Positions 9,644 through 21,515 of a DNA stretch of 64,000 nt are shown piece by piece; within the stretch, counting starts at the first letter, position 1, and each line of letters starts with the position of its first letter. The DNA is from Thiohalomonas denitrificans (GTDB lineage: Bacteria > Pseudomonadota > Gammaproteobacteria > Thiohalomonadales > Thiohalomonadaceae): positions 11,579 to 75,578 of the forward strand of contig DYFR01000018.1 in assembly GCA_020725115.1 (NCBI GenBank), given 5' to 3'. The translations under genes and the position numbers were made by a program. The notes below the pieces were generated by a model. That model ran no database searches and was not told where the DNA came from. It saw nothing but the letters and a program-made list of their open reading frames with translations.

Positions 9644-10377
9644 ACGCTGCGATGATCGTGATACCCGCCTACAACGAGACGGCGACCATCCGTGCGGTGG
9701 CGCAGCGTGCCATGCAGCACGGGCCGGTGATCGTGGTGGACGACGGTTCCACCGATGACACCGTGGCGCAGCTCGATGGTCTCGGCGTCACCGTGCTGCG
9801 CAACGAGCAGAACAGCGGCAAGGCGGCCAGCCTGTGGCACGGCATGCAGCATGCGTTGTCGCAGGGGGCGGCGGCGGTGATCTCCATCGACGGCGACGGC
9901 CAGCATGCCCCGGAGGACATTCCGCGTCTGTTGGCCGTGTCTGCCCGCCTGCCGCGGGCAGTGGTGATCGCGGCACGGTTGCGCGACCGCGACAGCGCAC
10001 CGAGGGCACGACGCATCGCCAACGGCGTGGCCGATTTCTGGGTATCCTGGGCTGCGGGACGTTCCGTCGTCGACAGCCAGTCGGGCTTCCGCCTCTATCC
10101 GGCCGAGTTGTTGCGCAACTATGTGCCGCGCCTGCGCAAGCGCGGCGGTTTTGTCTTCGAGAGTGAAATCCTGATCGATGCGGTACGGGGCGGATTCGAC
10201 TGTGTTGCGGTGCCCATCGACACGGTGTATCACGCCGGGGCGCGTCCGAGTCATTTCCGGCCGGTGGCCGATATCACCCGCATCGTGCTGATGGTGGCGG
10301 GGAAACTGTTCGCCCGCGGCATGTACCCGCAGGGCCTGTGGCGGGTATGGCGGGAGCCGGCGCGGATCGAAAATTGA
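9640..10377 (+). CDS. family 2 glycosyltransferase
   Basis: VIPAYNE start and DGDGQH (DxD) motif. ATGA overlap at 9640-9643. The track ORF 9049.. is an out-of-context extension. Confidence 0.85.
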   Translation: MNAAMIVIPAYNETATIRAVAQRAMQHGPVIVVDDGSTDDTVAQLDGLGVTVLRNEQNSGKAASLWHGMQHALSQGAAAVISIDGDGQHAPEDIPRLLAVSARLPRAVVIAARLRDRDSAPRARRIANGVADFWVSWAAGRSVVDSQSGFRLYPAELLRNYVPRLRKRGGFVFESEILIDAVRGGFDCVAVPIDTVYHAGARPSHFRPVADITRIVLMVAGKLFARGMYPQGLWRVWREPARIEN

Positions 10378-10380
10378 TGG

Positions 10381-10408
10381 CGGTGCACGCTCTGGAGAGC
10401 GTGCACCG
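10381..10408. terminator. perfect 12-bp stem hairpin between convergent genes
   Basis: CGGTGCACGCTC-tgga-GAGCGTGCACCG. There is no clear U-tract. Confidence 0.4.
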
Positions 10409-10416
10409 TACAGCGC

Positions 10417-10815
10417 TTACATCATGTTCAGCTGCGACTGGATGTTCTGCTGCAGGCGCTGCACCCAGCCGTTGTAGTTGCCGTGAATGTTGGTGCCGTC
10501 GTAATTGAGGTTCTGGCTGTCACGGTAGGTGATGCTGTAGCTCTTGGTGTTGTATTTGATGTCCACCTGGGCCATGTGCTTGCGCAGATGGATGGTGCCG
10601 ATGATATGGCCCGCTTTCTCTTCCTTCATGTTCCAGCCCAGGGTGGCGCCGGCGCGCAGAATGGCCTTCTTGACGTCGTCGACACTGGCCGGCTTGTCGC
10701 TGTTGGTAACGACCGTAGCGTCCTGAACATTATGGACCGGGGTCGAGGTGCGGCAGCCGGTGGCGATGGCCAGGGACAGACCGGTGAGCAGTGCGATGGC
10801 AATCAGTTTCTTCAT
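10417..10815 (-). CDS. lipoprotein, unknown function
   Basis: MKKLIAIALLTGLSLAIATGC lipobox after the internal ATG at 10815. The track start 10884 adds a non-signal extension. Confidence 0.7.
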   Translation of the reverse strand: MKKLIAIALLTGLSLAIATGCRTSTPVHNVQDATVVTNSDKPASVDDVKKAILRAGATLGWNMKEEKAGHIIGTIHLRKHMAQVDIKYNTKSYSITYRDSQNLNYDGTNIHGNYNGWVQRLQQNIQSQLNMM

Positions 10816-10988
10816 TCTTCTCTCCTTGTCGATTATTGGTATTGCAACCGCCAGGCGGTTGTTCTCCCTGCATGGTTGTGCCATGCCTTATAGTCAGCAG
10901 GCCTCATGCGGCGGCTGCGACCCCGCTCGCGGCAGCGAGGGGAAGCCACATGGTAGCAATGGTCATGCATAAACCCAATGGGGGAGCT

Positions 10989-12320
10989 ATGGGCAACAGG
11001 ATGCTGGCGGTTCTTCTGCTTCTGCTGCTGGCCAGCGGCGGCGCCCTGGCGCAGTTGCCGCGTCAATGCGTGCCTGAGCCGGTATTCGAGGGCCAGGTCT
11101 GTTATTACGAGAATGATACTGAGGCGCCACGCACCGTGGTGCTGGTACACGGTATCGGTGGCAGCGCGGACGACTGGGCGGCGCAAATCCCGGTGCTGGC
11201 CGGGAGCTACCATGTGCTGGCCGTCGATCTGCCGGGTTTCGGCCACTCCGACGCTGGCAGCAAACACTACTCCCCGGAAAACTACGCAGCGGTGCTGCAC
11301 CATCTTGTCGGGCTGCGTGCCCGCTCTCCGGTGCTGCTGGTCGGACATTCGATGGGCGGTGCGGTGGCGTTCAATTATGCCGCGCTGCATCCCGAAGCGG
11401 TGAGCAGATTGGTGGTGGCGGATGTGGCAGGCATCCTGCACCGGCTGGCCTACAACAAATTCCTGGTGGGCAACTGGCTGCATGGGCGCAGTGCCGAGCC
11501 GCGCTGGTCGTCGGAACTGTTGCAGAGTTTTGTCGGCAAGTTCCTGGAGGGAATGGAGTTTCTCCCCTTTGATAGCGAGGACATGCTGGGGAGCACCTAT
11601 GGCGAGGGGAGTGGGGCAGAGCGGCGGATCGCCGCCATGGCCCTGCTGGATGCCGACTTTACGCCGCTCTTGCCGCGGGTGCAGGCACCGGTATTGATCC
11701 TGTGGGGGACGGAGGATGATACCGCGCCGCTGCGCACCGCCGAGGTGCTGCTGCGGCGTCTGCCGCGCGCCTGGCTGGAGATGATCGACGGTGCCGGGCA
11801 TGTGCCGATGAGCGAGCAGGCCCGGTTGTTCAACCGGCAGCTGCTGGGTTTTCTGGAGGATGCCTTGCCGCCGCCACCCGTCGCACGTGAAGTGGAGGGC
11901 GATGCGGAGCGTATCGGCCGATGCGAACGGCAGCGCAATGTGCGCTTCGAGGGGCGTTACCGCCGCATCGAGTTGCTCGGCTGCGGTGATGTGAGCATCG
12001 AGAATGCCGATATCGGTGAGCTGTATGTGTTCGAGTCACGGGTCAATATCGAACACAGTCGCATCGGTGGCGGCGAGCTGGCGGTGGATGTCATCGGCTC
12101 GGACGTGAAGATGACCGTGGTGAAGCTGGAGGGTGAGGTGGCCCTGCGCACGGCGCGCAGCCGGCTGGATCTGGCTGCCGTCGATCTGGACGGACGTACG
12201 GCGGCGGTGACGGCGGTGAGCAATTCCAAGGCGGTGTTTTCCCTGTGCCGGGCCAGGAGCCCACACCACAATGGCGATCTGCACGGTTATCGGGCACTGA
12301 CGCCCGAGTCGCAGCTGTGA
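10989..12320 (+). CDS. secreted alpha/beta hydrolase with a repeat-like C-terminal extension
   Basis: GGGGAG SD before the ATG at 10989. Signal peptide, HGIGGS and GHSMGG nucleophile elbow. The C-terminal ~130 aa has short beta-strand-like repeats. Confidence 0.8.
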   Translation: MGNRMLAVLLLLLLASGGALAQLPRQCVPEPVFEGQVCYYENDTEAPRTVVLVHGIGGSADDWAAQIPVLAGSYHVLAVDLPGFGHSDAGSKHYSPENYAAVLHHLVGLRARSPVLLVGHSMGGAVAFNYAALHPEAVSRLVVADVAGILHRLAYNKFLVGNWLHGRSAEPRWSSELLQSFVGKFLEGMEFLPFDSEDMLGSTYGEGSGAERRIAAMALLDADFTPLLPRVQAPVLILWGTEDDTAPLRTAEVLLRRLPRAWLEMIDGAGHVPMSEQARLFNRQLLGFLEDALPPPPVAREVEGDAERIGRCERQRNVRFEGRYRRIELLGCGDVSIENADIGELYVFESRVNIEHSRIGGGELAVDVIGSDVKMTVVKLEGEVALRTARSRLDLAAVDLDGRTAAVTAVSNSKAVFSLCRARSPHHNGDLHGYRALTPESQL

Positions 12321-12330
12321 TCATTGCTGC

Positions 12331-12358
12331 TTGTATCCGCAAATCAATCCGTTAGAAT
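12331..12358 (+). promoter_or_regulatory. candidate sigma70 promoter of thrS operon
   Basis: TTGTAT, 16-nt spacer, TAGAAT. Confidence 0.3.
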
Positions 12359-12432
12359 GACGCCCCTTACGGCTCCTTCGAGCGCCATCCCTCACGGCAT
12401 CGGTGATGTCCACGATTAAAGCGGAATAGCAC

Positions 12433-12453
12433 GCGGCCCCTCGTATAGGCCGC
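12433..12453 (+). promoter_or_regulatory. thrS leader hairpin with tRNA-Thr anticodon-loop-like sequence
   Basis: GCGGCC-CCUCGUAUA-GGCCGC lies just upstream of the GGAG SD (12458) and the ATG (12470). The loop contains CUCGUAU. Confidence 0.35.
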
Positions 12454-12469
12454 CACTGGAGACAGATTA

Positions 12470-14395
12470 ATGCCCACGATTACCCTTCCCGACGGCAGTC
12501 AGCGCCCCTTCGAACACCCTGTTACCGTGCTGGATGTCGCCGCTGCCATCGGCCCTGGTCTGGCCAAAGCGGCCCTGGCCGGCAAGGTGGACGGCCAGCT
12601 GGTGGATACCTCCCATACCCTGGATCATGATGTGCAGCTGGCCATCGTCACCGCCCGTGACGAAGAGGGCGTCGACATCATCCGCCATTCTGCCGCCCAT
12701 CTGCTGGCGCAGGCGGTGAAGCGCTTGTTTCCCTCGGCCCAAGTCACCATCGGGCCAATGATCGAAAACGGTTTTTACTACGACTTTGCCTACGAGCGCC
12801 CCTTCACCAGCGAAGATCTGGCGCAGATCGAGGCGGAGATGGAGAAGATCGCCGCCGAGGATTTCAAGGTCGAGCGCTCGGTGATGCCGCGCGAGGAGGC
12901 CATCACCTTCTTCCGCAATCTGGGCGAGGAGTACAAGGCCAGGATTATTGAGGACATCCCCCACGGCGAGGTGTTGTCTCTCTATCGTCAGGGAGACTTC
13001 ATCGATCTGTGCCGCGGCCCGCACGTCCCCTCCACCGGCAAGCTGCAGGCATTCAAGCTGATGAAGGTGGCCGGCGCCTATTGGCGCGGTGACTCCAGAA
13101 ACGAGATGTTGACCCGCATCTACGGCACGGCCTGGGCTGACAAGAAGGCACTCAAGGAGTACCTGCATCGCCTGGAAGAGGCGGAAAAGCGGGATCATCG
13201 CAAGATCGGACGCCAGCTCGACCTGTTCCATACCCAGGAGGAGGCGCCGGGCATGGTGTTCTGGCATGCCCCCGGATGGATACTGTGGCAGGGCGTGGAA
13301 CAGTACATGCGTCAGGTGTTCCGCGATAACGGCTATCAGGAGGTGCGGACACCGCAGGTGGTGGATCGCAGCCTGTGGGAAAAATCGGGCCATTGGGACA
13401 AGTTCGGCGATTCGATGTTCACCACCCATTCGGAAAACCGCGATTATGCGGTCAAACCGATGAATTGCCCGTGTCACATCCAGATATTCAACCAGGGGCT
13501 GAAGAGCTACCGCGACCTGCCGCTGCGTCTGGCGGAGTTCGGTTCCTGCCACCGCAACGAGCCGTCGGGCACGCTGCACGGCATCATGCGGGTACGCAAC
13601 TTTACCCAGGACGATGCCCATATCTTCTGCAGTGAGAACCAGATACAGGAAGAAGTGTCGGTTTTCATCGATCTCCTATATAAGGTGTATGCCGATTTCG
13701 GTTTCAGCGACATAATCATCAAGCTCTCCACCCGCCCGGAACAGCGGGTCGGCTCGGACGAGGTGTGGGACAAGGCAGAACACGCGCTGGAACAGGCACT
13801 TAACGCCAAGGGCCTGTCCTGGGATCTGCAGCCGGGCGAGGGTGCCTTTTACGGGCCCAAGATCGAGTTCTCCCTCAAGGATTGCCTCGGCCGTGTCTGG
13901 CAATGCGGTACCATTCAGGCCGATTTTTCCATGCCGGGCAGGCTGGATGCCCATTTTATCGCCGAGGACGGCAGCAAGCAGGTGCCGGTAATGCTGCATC
14001 GCGCCATTCTCGGTTCCCTGGAGCGTTTCATCGGCATCCTCATCGAGCACTATGCCGGTGTATTCCCCCTGTGGCTGGCTCCGCAACAGGTGGTGGTGCT
14101 TAATATCACCGATCGCCAGGCCGAATATGTGCAGCAGGTGGAGCGGGCGCTGGCTGTTCATGGCATCCGCGTCAAGTCCGACTTGAGAAATGAGAAAATA
14201 GGCTTTAAAATCCGCGAACATACCCTGCAGCGGGTGCCGTATCTGCTGGTCATCGGCGACCGCGAGGTGGAACAACAGGCTGTGGCCGTGCGCACGCGCG
14301 GCGGTGAAGACCTCGGCAGCATGACGCTAGATGCGTTAGTCGAACACTTGACCGCCGAGATCGCGAGCCGCGGCCGCACTTTTTTGGAGGAATAG
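12470..14395 (+). CDS. thrS: threonine--tRNA ligase
   Basis: 641 aa with TGS N-terminus (ITLPDGS) and class II motifs ([15 protein letters not shown]). Conserved thrS-infC-rpmI-rplT order. Confidence 0.97.
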   Translation: MPTITLPDGSQRPFEHPVTVLDVAAAIGPGLAKAALAGKVDGQLVDTSHTLDHDVQLAIVTARDEEGVDIIRHSAAHLLAQAVKRLFPSAQVTIGPMIENGFYYDFAYERPFTSEDLAQIEAEMEKIAAEDFKVERSVMPREEAITFFRNLGEEYKARIIEDIPHGEVLSLYRQGDFIDLCRGPHVPSTGKLQAFKLMKVAGAYWRGDSRNEMLTRIYGTAWADKKALKEYLHRLEEAEKRDHRKIGRQLDLFHTQEEAPGMVFWHAPGWILWQGVEQYMRQVFRDNGYQEVRTPQVVDRSLWEKSGHWDKFGDSMFTTHSENRDYAVKPMNCPCHIQIFNQGLKSYRDLPLRLAEFGSCHRNEPSGTLHGIMRVRNFTQDDAHIFCSENQIQEEVSVFIDLLYKVYADFGFSDIIIKLSTRPEQRVGSDEVWDKAEHALEQALNAKGLSWDLQPGEGAFYGPKIEFSLKDCLGRVWQCGTIQADFSMPGRLDAHFIAEDGSKQVPVMLHRAILGSLERFIGILIEHYAGVFPLWLAPQQVVVLNITDRQAEYVQQVERALAVHGIRVKSDLRNEKIGFKIREHTLQRVPYLLVIGDREVEQQAVAVRTRGGEDLGSMTLDALVEHLTAEIASRGRTFLEE

Positions 14396-14398
14396 AGC

Positions 14399-14944
14399 AT
14401 CGCAACCAGAGCAGGTTCGGCGCGCCCCGCTGAGGGAAGTGCCCGTTTGAACGAAGAGATCACTGTTCCCGAGGTACGCCTCATCGGAACGGAGGGCGAG
14501 CAGGTCGGCGTCGTTCCCATCGCCGAGGCGTTGCGGATCGCGGAAGAGGCTGAGCTTGATCTGGTGGAAGTGGCGGCGGATGCCAAGCCACCGGTCTGCC
14601 GCATCATGGATTACGGCAAGTATCTTTTTGAGGAAAACAAAAAGAAGCACGCCGCTCGCAAGAAGCAGAAACAGATTCAGATCAAGGAGATCAAATTCCG
14701 ACCAGGGACGGAAGAGGGAGACTACCAGGTAAAACTGCGCAACCTGGTGCGTTTCCTGGACGACGGGGACAGGGCCAAGATTACGCTGCGCTTCCGCGGT
14801 CGTGAGATGGCCCACCAGGAGCTCGGGCTGAAGTTGCTCAAGCGCATCGAAGTGGATCTTGCCGAAGTGGGAACGGTAGAGCAGTTCCCGCGTCTGGAAG
14901 GCCGCCAGATGGTCATGGTCATCGTCCCCAAAAAGAAAAAGTAG
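14399..14944 (+). CDS. infC: translation initiation factor IF-3
   Basis: [15 protein letters not shown] and KEIKFRP motifs. Start is probably the non-canonical ATC at 14399, 8 nt after GGAGG. The alternative is the TTG at 14447 given by the track. Confidence 0.85.
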   Translation: MATRAGSARPAEGSARLNEEITVPEVRLIGTEGEQVGVVPIAEALRIAEEAELDLVEVAADAKPPVCRIMDYGKYLFEENKKKHAARKKQKQIQIKEIKFRPGTEEGDYQVKLRNLVRFLDDGDRAKITLRFRGREMAHQELGLKLLKRIEVDLAEVGTVEQFPRLEGRQMVMVIVPKKKK

Positions 14945-15044
14945 GCCAGTACGGCCTGCGGGGTGCGCTACTGTCAGCCTTGCGCGGTTGCCAGTGTGGA
15001 AATGTGCACTTGAACTATTAACCGATAAATGCGGAGTTAGAGTA

Positions 15045-15239
15045 ATGCCCAAGATGAAGAGCAAGCGCGGGGCGGCCAAGCGTTTCAAGGCCACCGCCGG
15101 CGGTTTCAAGCGTGGCCAGGCGTTCAAGCGCCACATCCTTACCAAGAAAAGCACCAAGCGCAAGCGTCAGTTGCGTGATGACGCGATGGTTGCGGCGGTG
15201 GATACCCGTATGGTGTCCCGTCTGTTGCCCTATAGCTGA
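15045..15239 (+). CDS. rpmI: 50S ribosomal protein L35
   Basis: [15 protein letters not shown]. Confidence 0.95.
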   Translation: MPKMKSKRGAAKRFKATAGGFKRGQAFKRHILTKKSTKRKRQLRDDAMVAAVDTRMVSRLLPYS

Positions 15240-15254
15240 GTGAGGTAAGGATAA

Positions 15255-15614
15255 ATGGCAAGAGTCAAACGTGGTGTAGTCGCGCGTGCGCGTCACAAGA
15301 AGGTCCTGGCCAAGGCCAAGGGTTACTATGGCATGCGTCGCAATGTGTACCGCGTCGCCAAGCAGGCGGTCACCAAGGCCGGCCAGTATGCCTATCGCGA
15401 TCGTCGCCAGAAGAAGCGTCAGTTCCGCACCCTGTGGATCGCCCGTATCAACGCGGCCTCTCGTGAGTGCGGTCTGTCCTACAGCCGCATGATCAATGGC
15501 CTGAAGAAGGCTGGTATCGAGATCGACCGCAAGGTGCTGTCCGACATCGCCATTTTCGACAAGAACGGCTTTGCCGTGTTGGCGGAGAAGGCAAAGGCCG
15601 GCCTGGCGGCATAA
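15255..15614 (+). CDS. rplT: 50S ribosomal protein L20
   Basis: [18 protein letters not shown]... full-length match to the L20 pattern. Confidence 0.97.
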   Translation: MARVKRGVVARARHKKVLAKAKGYYGMRRNVYRVAKQAVTKAGQYAYRDRRQKKRQFRTLWIARINAASRECGLSYSRMINGLKKAGIEIDRKVLSDIAIFDKNGFAVLAEKAKAGLAA

Positions 15615-15673
15615 GCGTTTCACCGGCATGACCGGCGCCACGGCGCCGGTCGTAAAGGCAAACCGCTTCATGA

Positions 15674-15706
15674 AAAGGGGAAGGCCAATGGCCTTCCCCT
15701 TTTTGT
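15674..15706 (+). terminator. rho-independent terminator after rplT
   Basis: GGGGAAGGCC-aat-GGCCTTCCCC followed by TTTTTG. Confidence 0.7.
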
Positions 15707-15802
15707 TGGTACGTGACGAACTCAAGAGTCCGCAAATGAACGCCAATGGACGCAAATTGAATACTGCGTTCTATCGATTGCGCTGCACTAGTTGCAGAAT
15801 GA

Positions 15803-19284
<3,482 letters not shown>

Positions 19285-19296
19285 GGCTAGCTGGAA

Positions 19297-19599
19297 ATGG
19301 CGTTGACCAAAGCGGAAATAGCCGAACGCCTGTACGAGGAACTCGGACTGAACAAGCGTGAGGCGAAGGAACTCGTGGAGATTTTCTTCGAGGAGATCCG
19401 TGGCGCGCTGCAAAACGGTGATCAGGTGAAGCTGTCCGGCTTCGGCAATTTTGACCTGCGCGACAAGAAACAGCGTCCGGGGCGTAACCCCAAGACCGGT
19501 GAGGAAATTCCAATCACCGCACGCCGTGTGGTTACTTTCCGCCCGGGACAAAAACTGAAGGCGAGGGTTGAGGCTTATGCTGGAACCCAGCAACAATAA
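19297..19599 (+). CDS. ihfA: integration host factor alpha subunit
   Basis: [13 protein letters not shown]...[12 protein letters not shown]. Confidence 0.95.
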   Translation: MALTKAEIAERLYEELGLNKREAKELVEIFFEEIRGALQNGDQVKLSGFGNFDLRDKKQRPGRNPKTGEEIPITARRVVTFRPGQKLKARVEAYAGTQQQ

Positions 19600-19936
19600 C
19601 GAACTTCCGCCGATCCCGGGCAAGCGTTACTTCACCATCGGTGAGGTAAGCGAGCTATGTGACGTCAAGCCACACGTCCTGCGCTACTGGGAACAGGAGT
19701 TTCCGCAACTCAAGCCCGTCAAGCGCCGCGGTAACCGCCGTTACTACCAGCGCCACGACGTCATCATGATCCGCCAGATCCGTGGCCTGCTCTATGAGCA
19801 GGGCTTCACCATTGGCGGCGCGCGTCAGCGCATGGAGCAGGATGAGTCAACCGTGCAAGCCGTTACCGTAGAGCCTCATCTGTTGCAGGCATTGCGCACG
19901 GAACTGGAAGAGATTCTGGTGATACTCAAGCGGTAA
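19577..19936 (+). CDS. MerR-family transcriptional regulator
   Basis: [26 protein letters not shown] helix-turn-helix. Conserved position after ihfA. Confidence 0.85.
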   Translation: MLEPSNNNELPPIPGKRYFTIGEVSELCDVKPHVLRYWEQEFPQLKPVKRRGNRRYYQRHDVIMIRQIRGLLYEQGFTIGGARQRMEQDESTVQAVTVEPHLLQALRTELEEILVILKR

Positions 19937-20018
19937 CCATGTTCCTATCCGCGGCGCACTGGTGTATGATTTGCGCCTTCCGCATGGCGGGTCTTCTGTA
20001 GATTCAGCAGTATCCCAA

Positions 20019-20097
<79 letters not shown>

Positions 20098-20228
20098 CTC
20101 TCTCGTTAAACCTGCCGATAGATCATTTCGCGAACCTCCGACCACTACGTGGCCGAAGGTTGACGCAGGCCATCCTTGGCCTGCGCCCTACGGGCGACCT
20201 GATGGTCGTCCCCCCGCGCTCCCGGCGC

Positions 20229-20256
20229 GGTGGTCAAATACTCTCGCCCCGACCAA
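20229..20256 (+). repeat. partial duplicate of the tRNA-Pro 3' end
   Basis: CTCTCGCCCCGACCAA is identical to 20082-20097. It is preceded by GGTGGTCAAATA, which resembles the T-arm. Confidence 0.75.
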
Positions 20257-20347
20257 TAAAACAACCAGTTAGCATGGTTTTTCAAATTGCCGATTTTTTA
20301 AAGCACGGCACTTTTTCCGTAACGGTTCATTTTTCCCTTCCATCCAG

Positions 20348-20473
20348 CTAAATAAGTGTTCCGAATTGGTATCCACCTTATCTTCGGTGTGTCATAGGGC
20401 GGGCCGTGCCCGCCGCAGCACGGCTCCCATGGGGCGCCCTATGCCTGGTTACAAATTCGGAACACCTATTTAG
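20348..20473. repeat. MITE-like element with 20-bp terminal inverted repeats and a palindromic core
   Basis: CTAAATAAGTGTTCCGAATT (20348-20367) against AATTCGGAACACCTATTTAG (20454-20473) matches 19/20. The core 20391-20443 recurs inverted at 58550-58596. Confidence 0.6.
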
Positions 20474-20594
20474 CGACGTGACTTTACGGTCTCGCGTGCG
20501 CGGATATATGCCGCGGTTGCTTCGTAGCTGGCGGGTTCCATGACTGCTTTTCCCAGGCATTGCAACTGTTGGCAGCAGTTTGCATAATGCTTTT

Positions 20595-21281
20595 ATGGAT
20601 CAGGCAATCATTTCAGATCAGGAGTTACGTGCTCACGCGTTGTTCAACGGTGTGAGCGATGCGGAGCTGGCGAAGATCAAGGAAGGCATCCAGTCGGTAC
20701 AGCTTGGTGAAGGGGAACATCTTTTCAACCAGGGTCAACCGGCGGATCGGTTTTTCATGTTGCGCCGTGGCCAGGTGAAACTGTACCGGCTGTCACCCAC
20801 CGGCAATGAGAAGGTCATCGAGATCATCCGCCCCGGTCAATGTTTTGCCGAGGCCGTGATGTTCATGGATGTACAGCGCTATCCCGTGAACGCGCAGGCG
20901 CTGGTGCCGGCCGAATTGTTTGCCATCAATAACCGTAATTTTCTCAGTGTATTGCGCGAGTCAGTGGATACCTGTTTTCGGGTAATGGCGGATATGAGTG
21001 TGCGCCTGCATCATCGGCTCAACGAGATTGATGCACTGACGCTGCAAAATGCCACATTGCGCCTGGTCAATTACCTTTTGGTGCAGGTGCCGAAAGGGGC
21101 GGAGGATGAGGCGGAGGTTTCGTTGCCGGCGGCCAAGAATATCATTGCTTCGCGCTTGTCTGTGCAACCCGAGACGTTGTCCCGTATCCTGCATTCATTG
21201 AGTGAGCAGGGTCTGATTAGCGTGAAGGGCCTGAGCGTGCACATCCATGATTTGAAAAAGTTGCGCGCGTATTGCGAGTGA
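20595..21281 (+). CDS. dnr: Crp/Fnr-family regulator, DNR/NnrR-type (no N-terminal Cys cluster)
   Basis: cNMP-binding fold and C-terminal HTH with ETLSRIL recognition helix. Adjacent to the nir genes. ATG at 20595 (track gives TTG 20580). Confidence 0.8.
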   Translation: MDQAIISDQELRAHALFNGVSDAELAKIKEGIQSVQLGEGEHLFNQGQPADRFFMLRRGQVKLYRLSPTGNEKVIEIIRPGQCFAEAVMFMDVQRYPVNAQALVPAELFAINNRNFLSVLRESVDTCFRVMADMSVRLHHRLNEIDALTLQNATLRLVNYLLVQVPKGAEDEAEVSLPAAKNIIASRLSVQPETLSRILHSLSEQGLISVKGLSVHIHDLKKLRAYCE

Positions 21282-21287
21282 TACATA

Positions 21288-21513
21288 CGCTTCACCGCAA
21301 AGGACGCGAAGCGATCCCAGAAAAAACCGCCGCAGCGACGCAGATGAAATAAGCTCCTATTGTGGAGTCCGACTTATCGTCCAGATCCTGCCATCACCCG
21401 GTAAACCCGGGCTCCCGCAAATGGTGCAGAGAAGCCACATTCATTATCTCCGCGACCTCTGCGTCTCTGCGGCAGAGGTTTGATCTTCACGCTTGGCGTT
21501 CGCGGTGAAATTC
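21288..21513. repeat. intergenic element bounded by imperfect inverted repeats
   Basis: TTCACCGCaaaggaCGCgAAGCG (left) against the reverse complement of CACGCTTGGCGTTCGCGGTGAA (right). A nested pair is CCGCAGCGACGCAG / CTGCGTCTCTGCGG. Confidence 0.45.
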
Positions 21514-21515
21514 AA

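Noticed and set aside
12467-13621. 384-aa minus-strand ORF; similar cases at 15842-16759, 16849-17985, 18004-18894 and 44474-46075
   Set aside because: All are antisense to unambiguous genes (thrS, pheS, pheT, the hybrid kinase), so they are shadow ORFs.
20570-20584. sigma54-like TGGCAGCAGTTTGCA upstream of dnr
   Set aside because: The GG and GC elements are separated by 9 nt rather than the canonical 10. It also overlaps the possible TTG start.
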